From: an uncultured Gemmatimonadales bacterium
GTDB lineage: Bacteria > Gemmatimonadota > Gemmatimonadetes > Longimicrobiales > RSA9
Length of the DNA: 64,000 bases
NCBI GenBank assembly: GCA_963741945.1
Contig: CAVUKA010000003.1
Location: forward strand, 723,998 to 787,997
Direction of reading: 5' to 3'
This document shows positions 30,318-40,673 of the stretch, piece after piece (positions within the stretch are counted from its first letter, which is position 1; each line of letters begins with the position of its first letter). Below the pieces are notes generated by a model that worked only from the letters and a program-made list of their open reading frames with translations, did no database searches and was not told the origin of the DNA. The translations under genes were made by a program, and so were the position numbers.

Positions 30318-32915
30318 ATGACGAATAGATGCCGCCGGTCGCTCGGGCGCCTCGCGACGTTCGCTGCGCTCCTCTCCTTCGCCGCGTGCGGCGCCCCGGT
30401 GAGTCCTGCGCCCCGCGCTGCGCGGCCGGAAACGGCGCCGCAGGCCGCGGGCGGCGCGGCGGAGGCCGCGGCCTGGGACACCGTCACCCGGACGCTGCCC
30501 ACCGGCGTAACGCTGGATCCGGCCGGCCAGCTGGTGGAGATGGGGTCGTTCCCGCTGGCGTTCGTGCTGGCGCCGGACCCGCGCTACGCCGTCGCCATCC
30601 TGAGCGGCTGGCGTCGTCAGGGACTGGACGTGGTGGACCGGGCGGCCGGCCGCGTGGTGCAGCGCGTGTCCCAGCCGGCCGCGTTCCTGGGTCTGACCTT
30701 CTCGCCCGATGGCCGGACGGTCTACGCCTCGGGCGGCAACCAGGACGTGGTCTACCGGTACGACTGGGGCCCCGAGCTGTTGACGTTCCGGGACAGCATC
30801 CCGCTGGCGCCGCCGAACCGTGCGACGGGGCACGTGCCGGGCGAGCCGATGATGGAGAGCGGAGCGCAGCAGGTGGGTCAGCGCTTCCCGGCCGGCCTGG
30901 CGCTGTCGCCCGATGGACACCGCCTCTACGTCGCGGAGAACCTGGGCGATGCGCTGGCCGTGCTGGACGTGGACAGCGGACGGGTGGTGCAGCGGCTCCC
31001 CGCCGGGCGGTATCCGTACGAAGTGGTGGTGGCCCCGGACGGGACCGTCTACGTATCGGCATGGTCCCAGGCCACGGTATCGGTGTTCCGCCCGGAAGGT
31101 GGCGGGCTCGCGCCCGATGGCACCATGGTGGTGGGACGCCATCCCTCGGCCATGGCCTTGAGCCGCGACGGCAGCCGCCTGTTCGTGGCATCGGCGAGCA
31201 CGGACCGGGTGGTGGTGGTGAACACCCGCGAGCGGCGCGTGATCACGGAGCTCTTCGACCGTGCGCCCCACGGCCCCGGTGAGGGGAGCACCCCGAACGC
31301 GCTGGCGCTGTCCCGCGACGGGCGCCGGCTCTTCGTCGCCGAAGCGGACAACAACGCCATCGCGGTATTCGACCTCTCGCCGCGCACGGCCGGGCTGGCC
31401 GCGGGCACCGGGGAGGACCGGCTGGCGGGGAGGATCCCCGTGGACTGGTACCCCACCGACGTCCTCGTGCGGGGCGACACGCTCCTGGCGCTCTCCGGCA
31501 AGGGACTCGGCACGGGGCCGAACCCCGGGCTGCCGCAGCCGGGGCAGCGGGGAACGCGCCGCACGGTCGAGGAGAGCTATACGCTCGGGCAGCTCAATGG
31601 CACCATTCGCTCGATCCCCGGTGGGACGACGCTGCGCGGCCAGGGGCTGGAACGGATGACGCAGCGGGTGGTGGCCGCGAACCACTGGACGCTCCCCCGT
31701 CGGGCGGCCGCGGAGGTCTACCCGCCGTTCGAGCACGTCATCTACGTCATCAAGGAGAACCGGACGTACGACCAGGTGTTCGGGGACATGAGCCCGGGGG
31801 ATGGCGACTCGACGCTCACGCTCTTCCCACGCCACGTCTCGCCCAACCACCACGCCCTGGCCGACCGCTTCGGACTGTTCGACCGCTTCTTCGTGAATGC
31901 CGAGGTGAGTGCCGACGGCCACAACTGGTCGACCGCCGCCTACGCCACCGACTACGTGGAGAAGACGGTCCCGTCCAACTACGCGGGGCTCCGGCCGAGC
32001 TACGACTACGAGGGCTCGAACCGCGGCTGGGGGAACATCCCCCAGGAGGGCGAGGACGTGGCCGAGCCGGCGAACGGCTACATCTGGGACCTGGCCCACC
32101 GCGCGGGCATCTCGTTCCGCAATTACGGCGAGTTCGTGATCCCCGGGGCGGTGGACCCCGACGACCCCATGCCGGAAGGGTACCGGGGCGTGAAGCCGTT
32201 CCTGGCGGTGCACACCAACCCGGACTTCCCCGGCTTCGACCTCGAGATCCCCGACCGCGAACGCGCCGACATCTTCCTTCAGGACTTCCGCGAGTTCGAG
32301 CGCAGGGGCGCGATGCCGCAGCTCATGATCCTGCGACTCCCCAACGACCACACCGCCGGCGGCCGCGCCGGCGCGCCCACGCCCCGGGCCTACATGGCCG
32401 ACAACGACCTCGCCCTCGGCCGCATTGTCGAGGCGGTCTCACGCTCCTCGTTCTGGAAGAACACGGTCTTCTTCGTACTGGAGGACGACGCCCAGAACGG
32501 GCCGGACCACGTGGACTCGCACCGCTCCCCGCTGCTCGTGATCTCGGCGTACAACCGGCCTGGCGTCAGCCACCGGTTCGCCAACACCACGGACGTCATC
32601 GCCACCATGTCCGACATCCTCGGGCTCGGCAGCCTCTCGCAGTTCGACCACTATGGCCGGCCTCTCCGCGAGATCTTCGCCCGCGAGCCCGACCTGGCGC
32701 CGTACCAGGTGCGGGTCCCGGCCGTGGACATGAACGAGCGCAACGGCGTCGACAACCCGGGCGCCCATGCCTCCATGGGCCTCGACCTGCGCTTCGAGGA
32801 CAGCGTCGACGACATCCTCTTCAACCGCATCCTGTGGGCTGTCGTCAAAGGGGCAGACGTCCCCTACCCCGGGCGGACGCGGATGCCCGTGCTCGAGTGG
32901 CAGCGATCCCGCTGA
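30318..32915 (+). CDS. Secreted YVTN/YncE beta-propeller plus phosphoesterase (alkaline phosphatase superfamily) lipoprotein
   Basis: Lipobox FAAC; repeated LSPDGxRLYV blades; HVIYVIKENRTYDQVFGD, SADGHNWS, LPNDHT, EDDAQNGPDHVDSHRS. Confidence 0.88.
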   Translation: MTNRCRRSLGRLATFAALLSFAACGAPVSPAPRAARPETAPQAAGGAAEAAAWDTVTRTLPTGVTLDPAGQLVEMGSFPLAFVLAPDPRYAVAILSGWRRQGLDVVDRAAGRVVQRVSQPAAFLGLTFSPDGRTVYASGGNQDVVYRYDWGPELLTFRDSIPLAPPNRATGHVPGEPMMESGAQQVGQRFPAGLALSPDGHRLYVAENLGDALAVLDVDSGRVVQRLPAGRYPYEVVVAPDGTVYVSAWSQATVSVFRPEGGGLAPDGTMVVGRHPSAMALSRDGSRLFVASASTDRVVVVNTRERRVITELFDRAPHGPGEGSTPNALALSRDGRRLFVAEADNNAIAVFDLSPRTAGLAAGTGEDRLAGRIPVDWYPTDVLVRGDTLLALSGKGLGTGPNPGLPQPGQRGTRRTVEESYTLGQLNGTIRSIPGGTTLRGQGLERMTQRVVAANHWTLPRRAAAEVYPPFEHVIYVIKENRTYDQVFGDMSPGDGDSTLTLFPRHVSPNHHALADRFGLFDRFFVNAEVSADGHNWSTAAYATDYVEKTVPSNYAGLRPSYDYEGSNRGWGNIPQEGEDVAEPANGYIWDLAHRAGISFRNYGEFVIPGAVDPDDPMPEGYRGVKPFLAVHTNPDFPGFDLEIPDRERADIFLQDFREFERRGAMPQLMILRLPNDHTAGGRAGAPTPRAYMADNDLALGRIVEAVSRSSFWKNTVFFVLEDDAQNGPDHVDSHRSPLLVISAYNRPGVSHRFANTTDVIATMSDILGLGSLSQFDHYGRPLREIFAREPDLAPYQVRVPAVDMNERNGVDNPGAHASMGLDLRFEDSVDDILFNRILWAVVKGADVPYPGRTRMPVLEWQRSR

Positions 32916-35311
32916 CCACCCGCGTCGCCACCCTCCCCGTCATCGCCGCGCTCGCGCTCGGCGCCGGCCGGCTGGGTGCGCAGGCGCCCGAGCCACCGGT
33001 CCCGATCCAGCACGCGCTCCGGGACGCGGACGGCGATGGGGTTCCGGACAGGCTCGGGGACACGATCGTCGTCACGGGCGTGGCGCTTTCCGCCGTGCGC
33101 GTCATCGACGACGATGTGGCGCTCGCCCCCATTCTCGACCGGAGCGGCGGGCTGGTCCTGTTCAGCCGCGACTCCACGATCCTGGCGGGCATTCGCAGGG
33201 GCGACAGCATCCGGGCGCGCGGCGTGGTGTGGCAGTATCGCGGGCAGGAGGAGCTCCTCACGCAGACCGTGGAGCGGCTGGGCGCTGTCGGCGCCCCGCG
33301 GCCACGGGAAGTGCTGGCCGCGGACATCCAGGACGAGGCACTGGAAGGGCGTCTCGTGCACGTGCGCGGGACCCTCGAATCCCGGGCGGACGCAAACGGC
33401 TCGATGGAGATCGTGCTGCACGACCGATCCGGCTCCATCCCCATCGTCGTCTCCGGCGAGTGGCTGAACGATCAACGGCTGCTGAAGCGCCTCGCGCAGG
33501 GCGGGCGTGCGGAAGTGGTCGGCATCGTGAACCAGCGCACCGACCCGTCTGCCACCGAGGGCGGGTACCGGCTGGTGCCGCGCGACGCGGCCGACATCAC
33601 GTTCGCCCCCGTGCCCCCGTACCGCCTCCTGGGGATCGTGGCCGTGGTCGTCGTGGTCCTCGTGCTCGGCTGGTGGCGCGCCCGGGCGGCCAGGCGGGCA
33701 CGGCAGCTGGGGCGGCTGACGGCAGAGCTGGAGCGATCACGGGACGAGCTGCGCGCGGGCGAGGAGCGGTTCCGGTCGCTGGTGGAGAACGCAGCGGACG
33801 CCATCGCCGTGCTGGGACCGCACGGCGAGCTGCAGTACCTGAGCCCGTCCATCGAGCCCATGGTCGGCTGGAGGCCCGACGAGCTCTCGGCCGAAAGTAT
33901 CTACCGGCTCCTCCACCCCGACGACATCGAAAAGGCGGCGGCCGCGCTCGGGCGCGTGCGCGAGGGTGGCGAGCGGAGCACGCGCACCGACCTCCGGATG
34001 CGCGCCGCCGACGAGGTCTGGCACCACCTGGAAGTGGTGCTGACCAACCGGAGCGACGACGCCGCCGTCAGAGGCATCGTATGCAATGTCCGGGACATCA
34101 CCGAGCAGCGCGAGCTCCAGCAGCGCGTCCGGGATGCCGACCGCATGGAAGCCGTCGGGCGCCTGGCGGGCGGCATCGCCCACGACTTCAACAACGTGCT
34201 CACGGCGCTGGGCGGACACGCGGTCCTGGCGCTGGAGTCCATGCCCATGGAATCGGCCGGGCGCACGGAAGTCGAGGAGATCGCGCGCGCCGCCGAACGG
34301 GCGGCTTCGCTCACGCGCCAGCTCCTGGCGTTCAGTCGCCAGCAGGTGATGCAGCTGCAGGTGGTCTCACCCGCCGCTGTCGTGGCCGCCATGGTGCCGA
34401 TGCTGCGGCGGCTCATCGGCGAGGACATCGAGCTCCGCAGCGAAGCCGCGCCCGACCTCGGCCGCGTCCGCGTGGACCCTGCGCAGCTCGAGCAGGTGGT
34501 CATGAACCTCGTCGTGAACGCGCGGGACGCCATGCCCGATGGCGGCCGCGTGGTGATCGCCCTCGAGAACGACAGCATCACGGACTCCACCGCCGACCGC
34601 TTCCCCTATGCCGTCCAACCCGGTCTCTACGTCCGGCTCTCCGTCTCCGATACCGGCCACGGCATGCCGCCCGCCGTGCTCGCGCACATTTTCGAGCCCT
34701 TCTTCACCACCAAGGAAGTGGGCCGCGGAACGGGCCTCGGCCTCGCCACCCTCTATGGCATCGTCAAGCAGTCCGATGGCTACATCTGGGCCACGAGTGA
34801 CCCCGGCCAGGGAAGCCGCTTCGACGTATTCTTCCCGCGCGTCGATGCGGCCGACGGCACGGAGGCGCTGGACGGGACGCACGAGACCGACAGGCAGGAG
34901 CCGGAGGCCGCCCCCGCCCCCGCCCCCGCCACACCGGCGCCCGGGACCGGCGAGACCGTGCTGCTCGTGGAAGACGAGGCCGCTGTCCGGCGCCTCGCCC
35001 GGCGCGTGCTCGAGAAGGCGGGCTACCGGATCGTGGAGGCCGGCACCCCCGCCGCGGCCCTCCACGCCATGGCCGACGTCCGCATTGCCGTGGACCTCCT
35101 GCTCACCGACGTGGTCATGCCGGGCATGAACGGTCGACAGCTCGCGGAGCGGCTGCGCCAGGGTCGCCCCGACCTCAAGGTCCTCTTCATGAGCGGCTAC
35201 ACCGAGGACCAGGTCATGCGCTACGGGATCGGATCCGGCGAGGTGCCTTTCCTCGGCAAGCCCTACACCCCCGCCCAGCTGCTGGAAAGCGTGCGCCAGA
35301 CGCTGGCCTAG
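32897..35311 (+). CDS. Hybrid sensor histidine kinase (extracellular domain-TM-PAS-HisKA-HATPase-REC)
   Basis: AHDFNNVLT (H-box), NLVVNARDAM, DTGHGM, FEPFFTTK, GTGLGL; REC LVEDE, TDVVMP, KP. Start overlaps the end of the upstream gene. Confidence 0.92.
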   Translation: MAAIPLTTRVATLPVIAALALGAGRLGAQAPEPPVPIQHALRDADGDGVPDRLGDTIVVTGVALSAVRVIDDDVALAPILDRSGGLVLFSRDSTILAGIRRGDSIRARGVVWQYRGQEELLTQTVERLGAVGAPRPREVLAADIQDEALEGRLVHVRGTLESRADANGSMEIVLHDRSGSIPIVVSGEWLNDQRLLKRLAQGGRAEVVGIVNQRTDPSATEGGYRLVPRDAADITFAPVPPYRLLGIVAVVVVVLVLGWWRARAARRARQLGRLTAELERSRDELRAGEERFRSLVENAADAIAVLGPHGELQYLSPSIEPMVGWRPDELSAESIYRLLHPDDIEKAAAALGRVREGGERSTRTDLRMRAADEVWHHLEVVLTNRSDDAAVRGIVCNVRDITEQRELQQRVRDADRMEAVGRLAGGIAHDFNNVLTALGGHAVLALESMPMESAGRTEVEEIARAAERAASLTRQLLAFSRQQVMQLQVVSPAAVVAAMVPMLRRLIGEDIELRSEAAPDLGRVRVDPAQLEQVVMNLVVNARDAMPDGGRVVIALENDSITDSTADRFPYAVQPGLYVRLSVSDTGHGMPPAVLAHIFEPFFTTKEVGRGTGLGLATLYGIVKQSDGYIWATSDPGQGSRFDVFFPRVDAADGTEALDGTHETDRQEPEAAPAPAPATPAPGTGETVLLVEDEAAVRRLARRVLEKAGYRIVEAGTPAAALHAMADVRIAVDLLLTDVVMPGMNGRQLAERLRQGRPDLKVLFMSGYTEDQVMRYGIGSGEVPFLGKPYTPAQLLESVRQTLA

Positions 35312-35329
35312 CCATCGCTGACCCCGGGT

Positions 35330-36925
35330 CTAGTCCCCCGTGACCTCCACCTCCACCGGACCGCGCGGACTCCGCAGCAGCAGGACCAGCGGGAGGGAGA
35401 TGAGGAACAGGATCGTGACCAGGGCGAACACGTGGTTGTACGCCAGCACCGCGGCCTGACGCAGGAAGGACAGGTTCAGCAGCTGGAGCGCGCGTGTCCG
35501 GGCCGTGCCGAGGTCCATCCCCCGTGCCTGCATCCCGGCCGTGGCTCGCGCCAGGAAGTTTATCGTGGCCGGGTCGTACGCCGTGGCGTGCTGCCCCAGG
35601 ATGGCGTGGTTGCGGGCCATGGAGCGCGTGAGCGACGTGGCCGCCACGGCGATCCCGACGCTCCCGGCCACCTGCCGCACCACGTTGTAGAGCCCCGTCG
35701 CCTGCGTCATCTTCGGCCGCGGGATCGTGGCCAGCGCCGCGGTCGACAGGGCGACGAAGATCAGTGCGAAGCCCACGCCCTGCCAGAGCTGGGGCCAGAA
35801 GATGTCCCAGAAGCCCACGTCGAGCGTCAGGTGGGACAGCTCCCAGAATGAGAAGGCGCTCACGGCCAGCCCCGCGCCCACCAGGACTTTCGGACCCACC
35901 CGATTGTAGACGCGCCCACCCAGCGGCATGATCACGGCCATGGCCAGGCTGCGCGGCACCAGCGCCTCGCCCGACAGCATGGCCGTGTAGCCCAGCAGGT
36001 TCTGCAGGAAGAGCGGGAGGAGGAAGAGCGAGCCGTACAGCCCCATCCCCAGCACACCCCCGATGACCGTTGCGGACGTGAACGAGCCGTTCTTCAGGAT
36101 CCGCAGGTTCACCGCCGGACGGTCCGTGGCCAGCTCGTGCCAGACGAACAGCAGCATGCCCACGGCGCCGGCGATGGCCAGGCTGATGATGAAGCCGGAC
36201 TCGAACCAGTCGTTCCGCTGTCCCTCTTCGAGCATGAGCTGGAGCGCGCCCAGGCCCACGGCCAGCAGCGCCAGCCCGGTCCAGTCGATCCGCCCCTTTT
36301 CCCGCACCAGGTAGTGGGGGTCGCGGATGTAGCGCGTGACCAGCATCACGTTCAGGATTCCGATCGGCACGTTGATGTAGAACACCCACGGCCACGTGTA
36401 GTTGTCGGTCAGCCAGCCGCCGAGCGTGGGGCCGATGGCCGGCGCCACGACCACGCCCATGCCGTAGATCCCCATGGCCATGGCCTGCTCCTCCGGCGGG
36501 AAGGTCTCGCGCAGGATGGCCTGGGACACCGTCACGATCACGCCCCCGCCGATCCCCTGCAGCACGCGGAAGATCACCATCACCGGCAGGGTCCGGGACA
36601 CGCCGCACGCCATGGACGCCACGGTGAAGAGCGCCACGCTGAAGATGTAGAAGTTCTTCCGGCCGAACCGCCCGCTCAGCATGCCCGTGATCGGCATGAT
36701 GATGACCTGGGCCAGGATGTAGCCGGTCACCACCCAGGTGATCTGCTCCACCGTGGTGCCCAGCGTGCCGGTCATGGACGGAAGAGCCACGTTCACGATG
36801 CTGGAGTCCAGCACCGCCATGATGGTCCCCGTCAGCACCGTGCCGGCCACCAGCCACTTGTGGTGCTCCATCTCCGCCGCGGCGGCGTCCGCGGCGCGGC
36901 GCGTCGGTGTCACTCCCTCCGCCAT
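35330..36925 (-). CDS. DHA2 family MFS efflux permease (EmrB/QacA)
   Basis: LDSSIVNVALP, RVLQGIGGG, APAIGPTLGGWLTD..WPWVFYINVPIG. Confidence 0.93.
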   Translation of the reverse strand: MAEGVTPTRRAADAAAAEMEHHKWLVAGTVLTGTIMAVLDSSIVNVALPSMTGTLGTTVEQITWVVTGYILAQVIIMPITGMLSGRFGRKNFYIFSVALFTVASMACGVSRTLPVMVIFRVLQGIGGGVIVTVSQAILRETFPPEEQAMAMGIYGMGVVVAPAIGPTLGGWLTDNYTWPWVFYINVPIGILNVMLVTRYIRDPHYLVREKGRIDWTGLALLAVGLGALQLMLEEGQRNDWFESGFIISLAIAGAVGMLLFVWHELATDRPAVNLRILKNGSFTSATVIGGVLGMGLYGSLFLLPLFLQNLLGYTAMLSGEALVPRSLAMAVIMPLGGRVYNRVGPKVLVGAGLAVSAFSFWELSHLTLDVGFWDIFWPQLWQGVGFALIFVALSTAALATIPRPKMTQATGLYNVVRQVAGSVGIAVAATSLTRSMARNHAILGQHATAYDPATINFLARATAGMQARGMDLGTARTRALQLLNLSFLRQAAVLAYNHVFALVTILFLISLPLVLLLRSPRGPVEVEVTGD

Positions 36926-36926
36926 G

Positions 36927-38057
36927 TCAGCCGGTGCTCACGTGCACGACCACACTCATCCCCGGACGCAGCGGCCGATCGGCGCCGCACCCCTCCGTCA
37001 CTTCGATCCGGACGGGCACCCGCTGCACCACTTTCGTGAAGTTGCCGGTGGCGTTTTCCGGCGGGATCAGCGAGAACTGCGACCCCGTCGCCCCGCTGAT
37101 GCTCTCCACCTGCCCCCGCGCGCTGCACCCGCCGTACGCGTCCACGCTCAGCTCCGCCGCCTCGCCCGGCCGGATTCGGTCCAGCTGCGTCTCCTTGAAG
37201 TTGGCCGTCACCGTGATCCCCGAGTCGGCGACGATGGTCATCACCGGCTGACCCGGCTGCAGCAGCTGGCCGGGCTCCGCCGAGCGCTTCGCCACGAGCC
37301 CGCTCACGGGCGCAGTGATCCGCGCATAGGAGAGCTGGAGCTTCGCGGTCTCCACCGCGGCCTGCGCAGCCTTCAGGTGCGCTTCCGCCTGTCGCACGCC
37401 CGCCTGCGCCGTGTGCACGCCCGCCTGCGCCGCCAGCCGCTGCTGCTCCACCGAGCGGAGCGTGGCCCGCGCCGCCTCCGCGGCCGCTTCCGCCGCGTCC
37501 AGCTGCTGCTGCGACACGATCTGCTTCGCCGCCAGACCCCGCACCCGCTCCAGGTCACGGTCCGCCTTCGATGCCGACGCCCTCGCCGCCGCGATCTGCG
37601 CGGCCAGTGCCCCGCCATGGCGCTGCGCCTGCTCCACCTGCGCCTCCGCCTGGCCCTGCACGCCACCACCGCCCACGGCCGCCTGCGCCGACGCCAGCTC
37701 CGCTTCCGCCTGGTCCAGCCGCTGGCGCAGCTCGACATCGTCGACCACCACCAGCGCCTGACCCTCGGATACGTGCTCGTTCTCCTCCACGGAGACCGCC
37801 TTCACGTACCCGCCCACCTTCGCCACCACCGGCACCAGGTGGCCGGCCACGTACGCGTCATCCGTGGATTCATGCGACGACGCGTAGCGCCATCGCATCA
37901 CGCCCCAGATCGCCACCGCCACCAGCAGCACCGCCGCCACCGGAAGCACCCACCGGCGCTGCCCGCTGCGGGGCGCCCCACCCGCCGGTGGTTCCTGCCT
38001 GCCGTCCGCCATTGCCTCGCTCCTCTCGCGTCGATCGTCCGTCGGTCCGTTCGCCAT
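36927..38057 (-). CDS. HlyD/EmrA family membrane fusion protein
   Basis: STDDAYV, ANFKETQL, PPENATGNFTKVVQRVPV, LRPGMS. Confidence 0.93.
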   Translation of the reverse strand: MANGPTDDRRERSEAMADGRQEPPAGGAPRSGQRRWVLPVAAVLLVAVAIWGVMRWRYASSHESTDDAYVAGHLVPVVAKVGGYVKAVSVEENEHVSEGQALVVVDDVELRQRLDQAEAELASAQAAVGGGGVQGQAEAQVEQAQRHGGALAAQIAAARASASKADRDLERVRGLAAKQIVSQQQLDAAEAAAEAARATLRSVEQQRLAAQAGVHTAQAGVRQAEAHLKAAQAAVETAKLQLSYARITAPVSGLVAKRSAEPGQLLQPGQPVMTIVADSGITVTANFKETQLDRIRPGEAAELSVDAYGGCSARGQVESISGATGSQFSLIPPENATGNFTKVVQRVPVRIEVTEGCGADRPLRPGMSVVVHVSTG

Positions 38058-39433
38058 CAGCGCAGCTCACCCGCAGTGCCCTCGGCGGCCGCCAGTGCGA
38101 CGCGCGCACCCTGGTAGCCGGCGAGCGCGTCCACGTACGCGCCGCGGGCGTCGCTCAGCCGCAGCGCCGATTCCGTCACGTCCGCACTCCCGGCCACGCC
38201 CGCTTCGAATCGCTCCTGCGACTGCTGGTATTCCTCCTGCGCCAGCGCCAGCCTCGCCCGCGCCGCCAGCACCTGCTCCGAAGACGCCGACAGGTCCAGG
38301 ACCGCCGAGCGCACCTGCATCGCCACCTGCTCACGCAGCTCGTGACGCTGCGCTTCCAGCATGGATACCTGCGCCTGCTCCTCGTCCACCCGCGCGCCCA
38401 GGCGAAGACCGGTGAACGCCGGCAGAGACACGCGCACCGCCCAGTCGTACGTGTTCAGCAGGTGCGCGTTCTCACGGCCGATCCAGCCGTCATCCGCGCC
38501 CAGCGTCAGTTTCGGCAACCGCTCCGCTTTCACCGCCGACACGGCGTGCGAGGCCGCCCGGATCCGCTCGTCCAGCGCCACCACGTCGCTCCGGCCCGCC
38601 AGCGCTGCAGCCACCGCAGCGTCCATATCCGCTTCGAGGGGAGCGCCCGCAGCCAGCGTGTCGGTCAGCACCACCGCGTGGTCGAGCGGCAGGTCCAGCG
38701 CGCGCAGCAGCGCCAGCTTGGTCTGCCGCACCTGGTTCTCCGCGCCGATTCGCCTGGCCTGCATGGCCGCCAGCTGCGCTTCCGCACGCGTGACATCCAG
38801 CTTCACGCCCACGCCCGCCTCCAGCAGGTCCCTGGCCGTGCGCACCAGGTCCTCCGCCAGCGACACGTCCTCCCGCACCGCCGCGAGCCGCGACTCCGCC
38901 CAGAGCCCCCGCACGTATGCCCTTCCCGCTCCGGCGGCCAGCGCTTCCCGGGTCGCGGCCGTCCCGCTGCGCGAGGCGTCCAGCGCCGATCTGGCCGAGC
39001 GCACCCGCTCCACCGCGCTCCAGTCGAACAGCGTCTGCGATAGACTGGCTCGCACGTCCGGCGTCCCGATGGGACCCACCACTTCGCCATTCGGGTTGAA
39101 CAGCGGCGGCTCGCCGGGGGCCGTCGGGAAGTCCAGGCCGAACGTGGCCGTGTTGAACGTCCGCTGCCCCTGCTGCGCCATCACGTTGATCTGCGGCAGG
39201 AGCGCGGAGCGCGCCTGTGTCACACGCGCCGCGGCCTGTACATCGCCGAGCTGCGCCACGTCCAGCCGCGCCCCGCGCTCCGTGGCCAGCCGCACGGCCT
39301 CCCCCAGATCCAGCCGCAGCGTGTCCGGCGCCGTCATTGCACCGCCACCCGGCTCCTGGGCCGGCGCCGCGCCCGCCACCGCCAGCGCGAGCACCACCGC
39401 GCCCGCCCCCTTCACTCCCATCCTCCGCCTCAC
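38057..39433 (-). CDS. TolC family outer-membrane efflux protein
   Basis: Signal peptide, ARSALLPQI, ERLPKLTL, repeated helical halves; translationally coupled to its neighbours. Confidence 0.9.
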   Translation of the reverse strand: MRRRMGVKGAGAVVLALAVAGAAPAQEPGGGAMTAPDTLRLDLGEAVRLATERGARLDVAQLGDVQAAARVTQARSALLPQINVMAQQGQRTFNTATFGLDFPTAPGEPPLFNPNGEVVGPIGTPDVRASLSQTLFDWSAVERVRSARSALDASRSGTAATREALAAGAGRAYVRGLWAESRLAAVREDVSLAEDLVRTARDLLEAGVGVKLDVTRAEAQLAAMQARRIGAENQVRQTKLALLRALDLPLDHAVVLTDTLAAGAPLEADMDAAVAAALAGRSDVVALDERIRAASHAVSAVKAERLPKLTLGADDGWIGRENAHLLNTYDWAVRVSLPAFTGLRLGARVDEEQAQVSMLEAQRHELREQVAMQVRSAVLDLSASSEQVLAARARLALAQEEYQQSQERFEAGVAGSADVTESALRLSDARGAYVDALAGYQGARVALAAAEGTAGELR

Positions 39434-40095
39434 GCATCGCCTCCGCGTATCGCCGCCATGTAGAACTCCTGCAGCTGCCGCAGCACCGTCTCGTCATCCA
39501 GAGAGCCCAGGCTCTCCATGAACTCCGGACGCGCGCACCACACCGCGTGCTTGATCACCAGCGCCAGTAGCATCCGCGCCCGCGCCGCCGAGTCGCCCGG
39601 GGAGAACTCGCCGAGATCCACACCCCAGTCGAGCAGCGACTGTACCGCCTCGATCACCGGTCGACGCACCTCACGCACGTATTCCCGCACCAGCTCCGGA
39701 AACGCGTTCGCCTCCGCCTGCACCAGCCGGTGGACCGGGTCGAACTCCGGCGTACGCACCTGCGACCAGATCACTCCGATCAGCGCCATCAGCGACGCCG
39801 CCGCCGTCTCCCGCCGCTCCGACCCCGACACCGCGTCCCGGATCCCCCGCACCCGCCGGTGCATGACTTCCCGGAACAGCTCCGTCTTCCCCGGGAAGTA
39901 CAGGTAGATCGTCGCTTTCGATACGCCCGCCCGCGACGCGATGTCCTCCACCCTCGCCGCTTCCAGGCCCCGCTCGCTGAACTCCGCCAGCGCAGCGTCC
40001 AGGATCTGCTGCGGCCGCTGCTCCGGCTGCCTCCGCCAGCGTGGCTCCGTCGCCTGCTCCGATCCCTTTCCGGCCTCCTTCGGGCTCATCCCCAT
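39430..40095 (-). CDS. TetR/AcrR family transcriptional regulator
   Basis: ILDAALAEF...VEDIASRAGVSKATIYLYFPGK. Start set at 40095 (GGAG upstream) because ATG 40131 lies inside the operator. Confidence 0.93.
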   Translation of the reverse strand: MGMSPKEAGKGSEQATEPRWRRQPEQRPQQILDAALAEFSERGLEAARVEDIASRAGVSKATIYLYFPGKTELFREVMHRRVRGIRDAVSGSERRETAAASLMALIGVIWSQVRTPEFDPVHRLVQAEANAFPELVREYVREVRRPVIEAVQSLLDWGVDLGEFSPGDSAARARMLLALVIKHAVWCARPEFMESLGSLDDETVLRQLQEFYMAAIRGGDA

Positions 40096-40114
40096 GCTCC
40101 TGCTCCCCCCGGCA

Positions 40115-40136
40115 ACTAACTGACCGGTCATTTAGT
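40115..40136. promoter_or_regulatory. Putative TetR operator
   Basis: ACTAAcTGACCGGTCAtTTAGT: 22-bp inverted repeat with one mismatched pair, 20 nt upstream of tetR. Confidence 0.8.
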
Positions 40137-40273
40137 AGGAGCGTAAGCTAACCGCCGGAGTGTATGGTGTGAACCCCCCGAAAGAAGGAGAGCCAGCGAT
40201 ATTCTGCGTTCTCTCCCTTTCCCCCGCGGCTGGCTATAATGGGGCGGCGAAGCCTCCTGTGAATGGAGGGGGG

Positions 40274-40634
40274 ATGGGCGCAGCGAAGCGTTTCCGGCTC
40301 GGCACCGCGATCCGCCACTGGGCGAGGGAGTTCGTGATCATAGTCCTGGGCGTGCTGGTGGCGCTGTGGGTGGACGGGTCGTATCAGCGGCGGGAGGAGC
40401 GGGAGCGGGAGCAGGTGGGCCTGGAGCAGCTGCTGGCGGAGACGGGGGACCTCAACCTGATCCGGAACGACTCACTGCGCGCGACGCTGGCAACCTACAC
40501 GGGAGTGCCGGAGGGCACGGCGCGTCAGAAACATGCAGGCCATCGTGTCGCAGAACCGCGTGCAGGACCTGAAGCAGCTCTTCGACAGCACGGAGGCGCT
40601 CCGGGCCGCGCTCGAGTCCGAGCTGGCGAGCTGA
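40274..40634 (+). pseudogene. Internally deleted, frameshifted membrane-anchored protein (DUF6090-like)
   Basis: EFVIIVLGVLVALWVD...EQLLAE joined directly to TGDLNLIRNDSLR; a helical C-terminus (QNRVQDLKQLFDSTEALRAALESELAS*) lies in another frame. Confidence 0.55.
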
Positions 40635-40673
40635 CGAGTCAGGCGATGATCGGCCCGGCTTCCCGCCGGCAGC

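Noticed and set aside
28674-32351. Long antisense ORFs (also 7181-10174, 55938-58091, 58130-60550 and others)
   Set aside because: Shadow ORFs opposite well-supported genes, as expected at this GC content.
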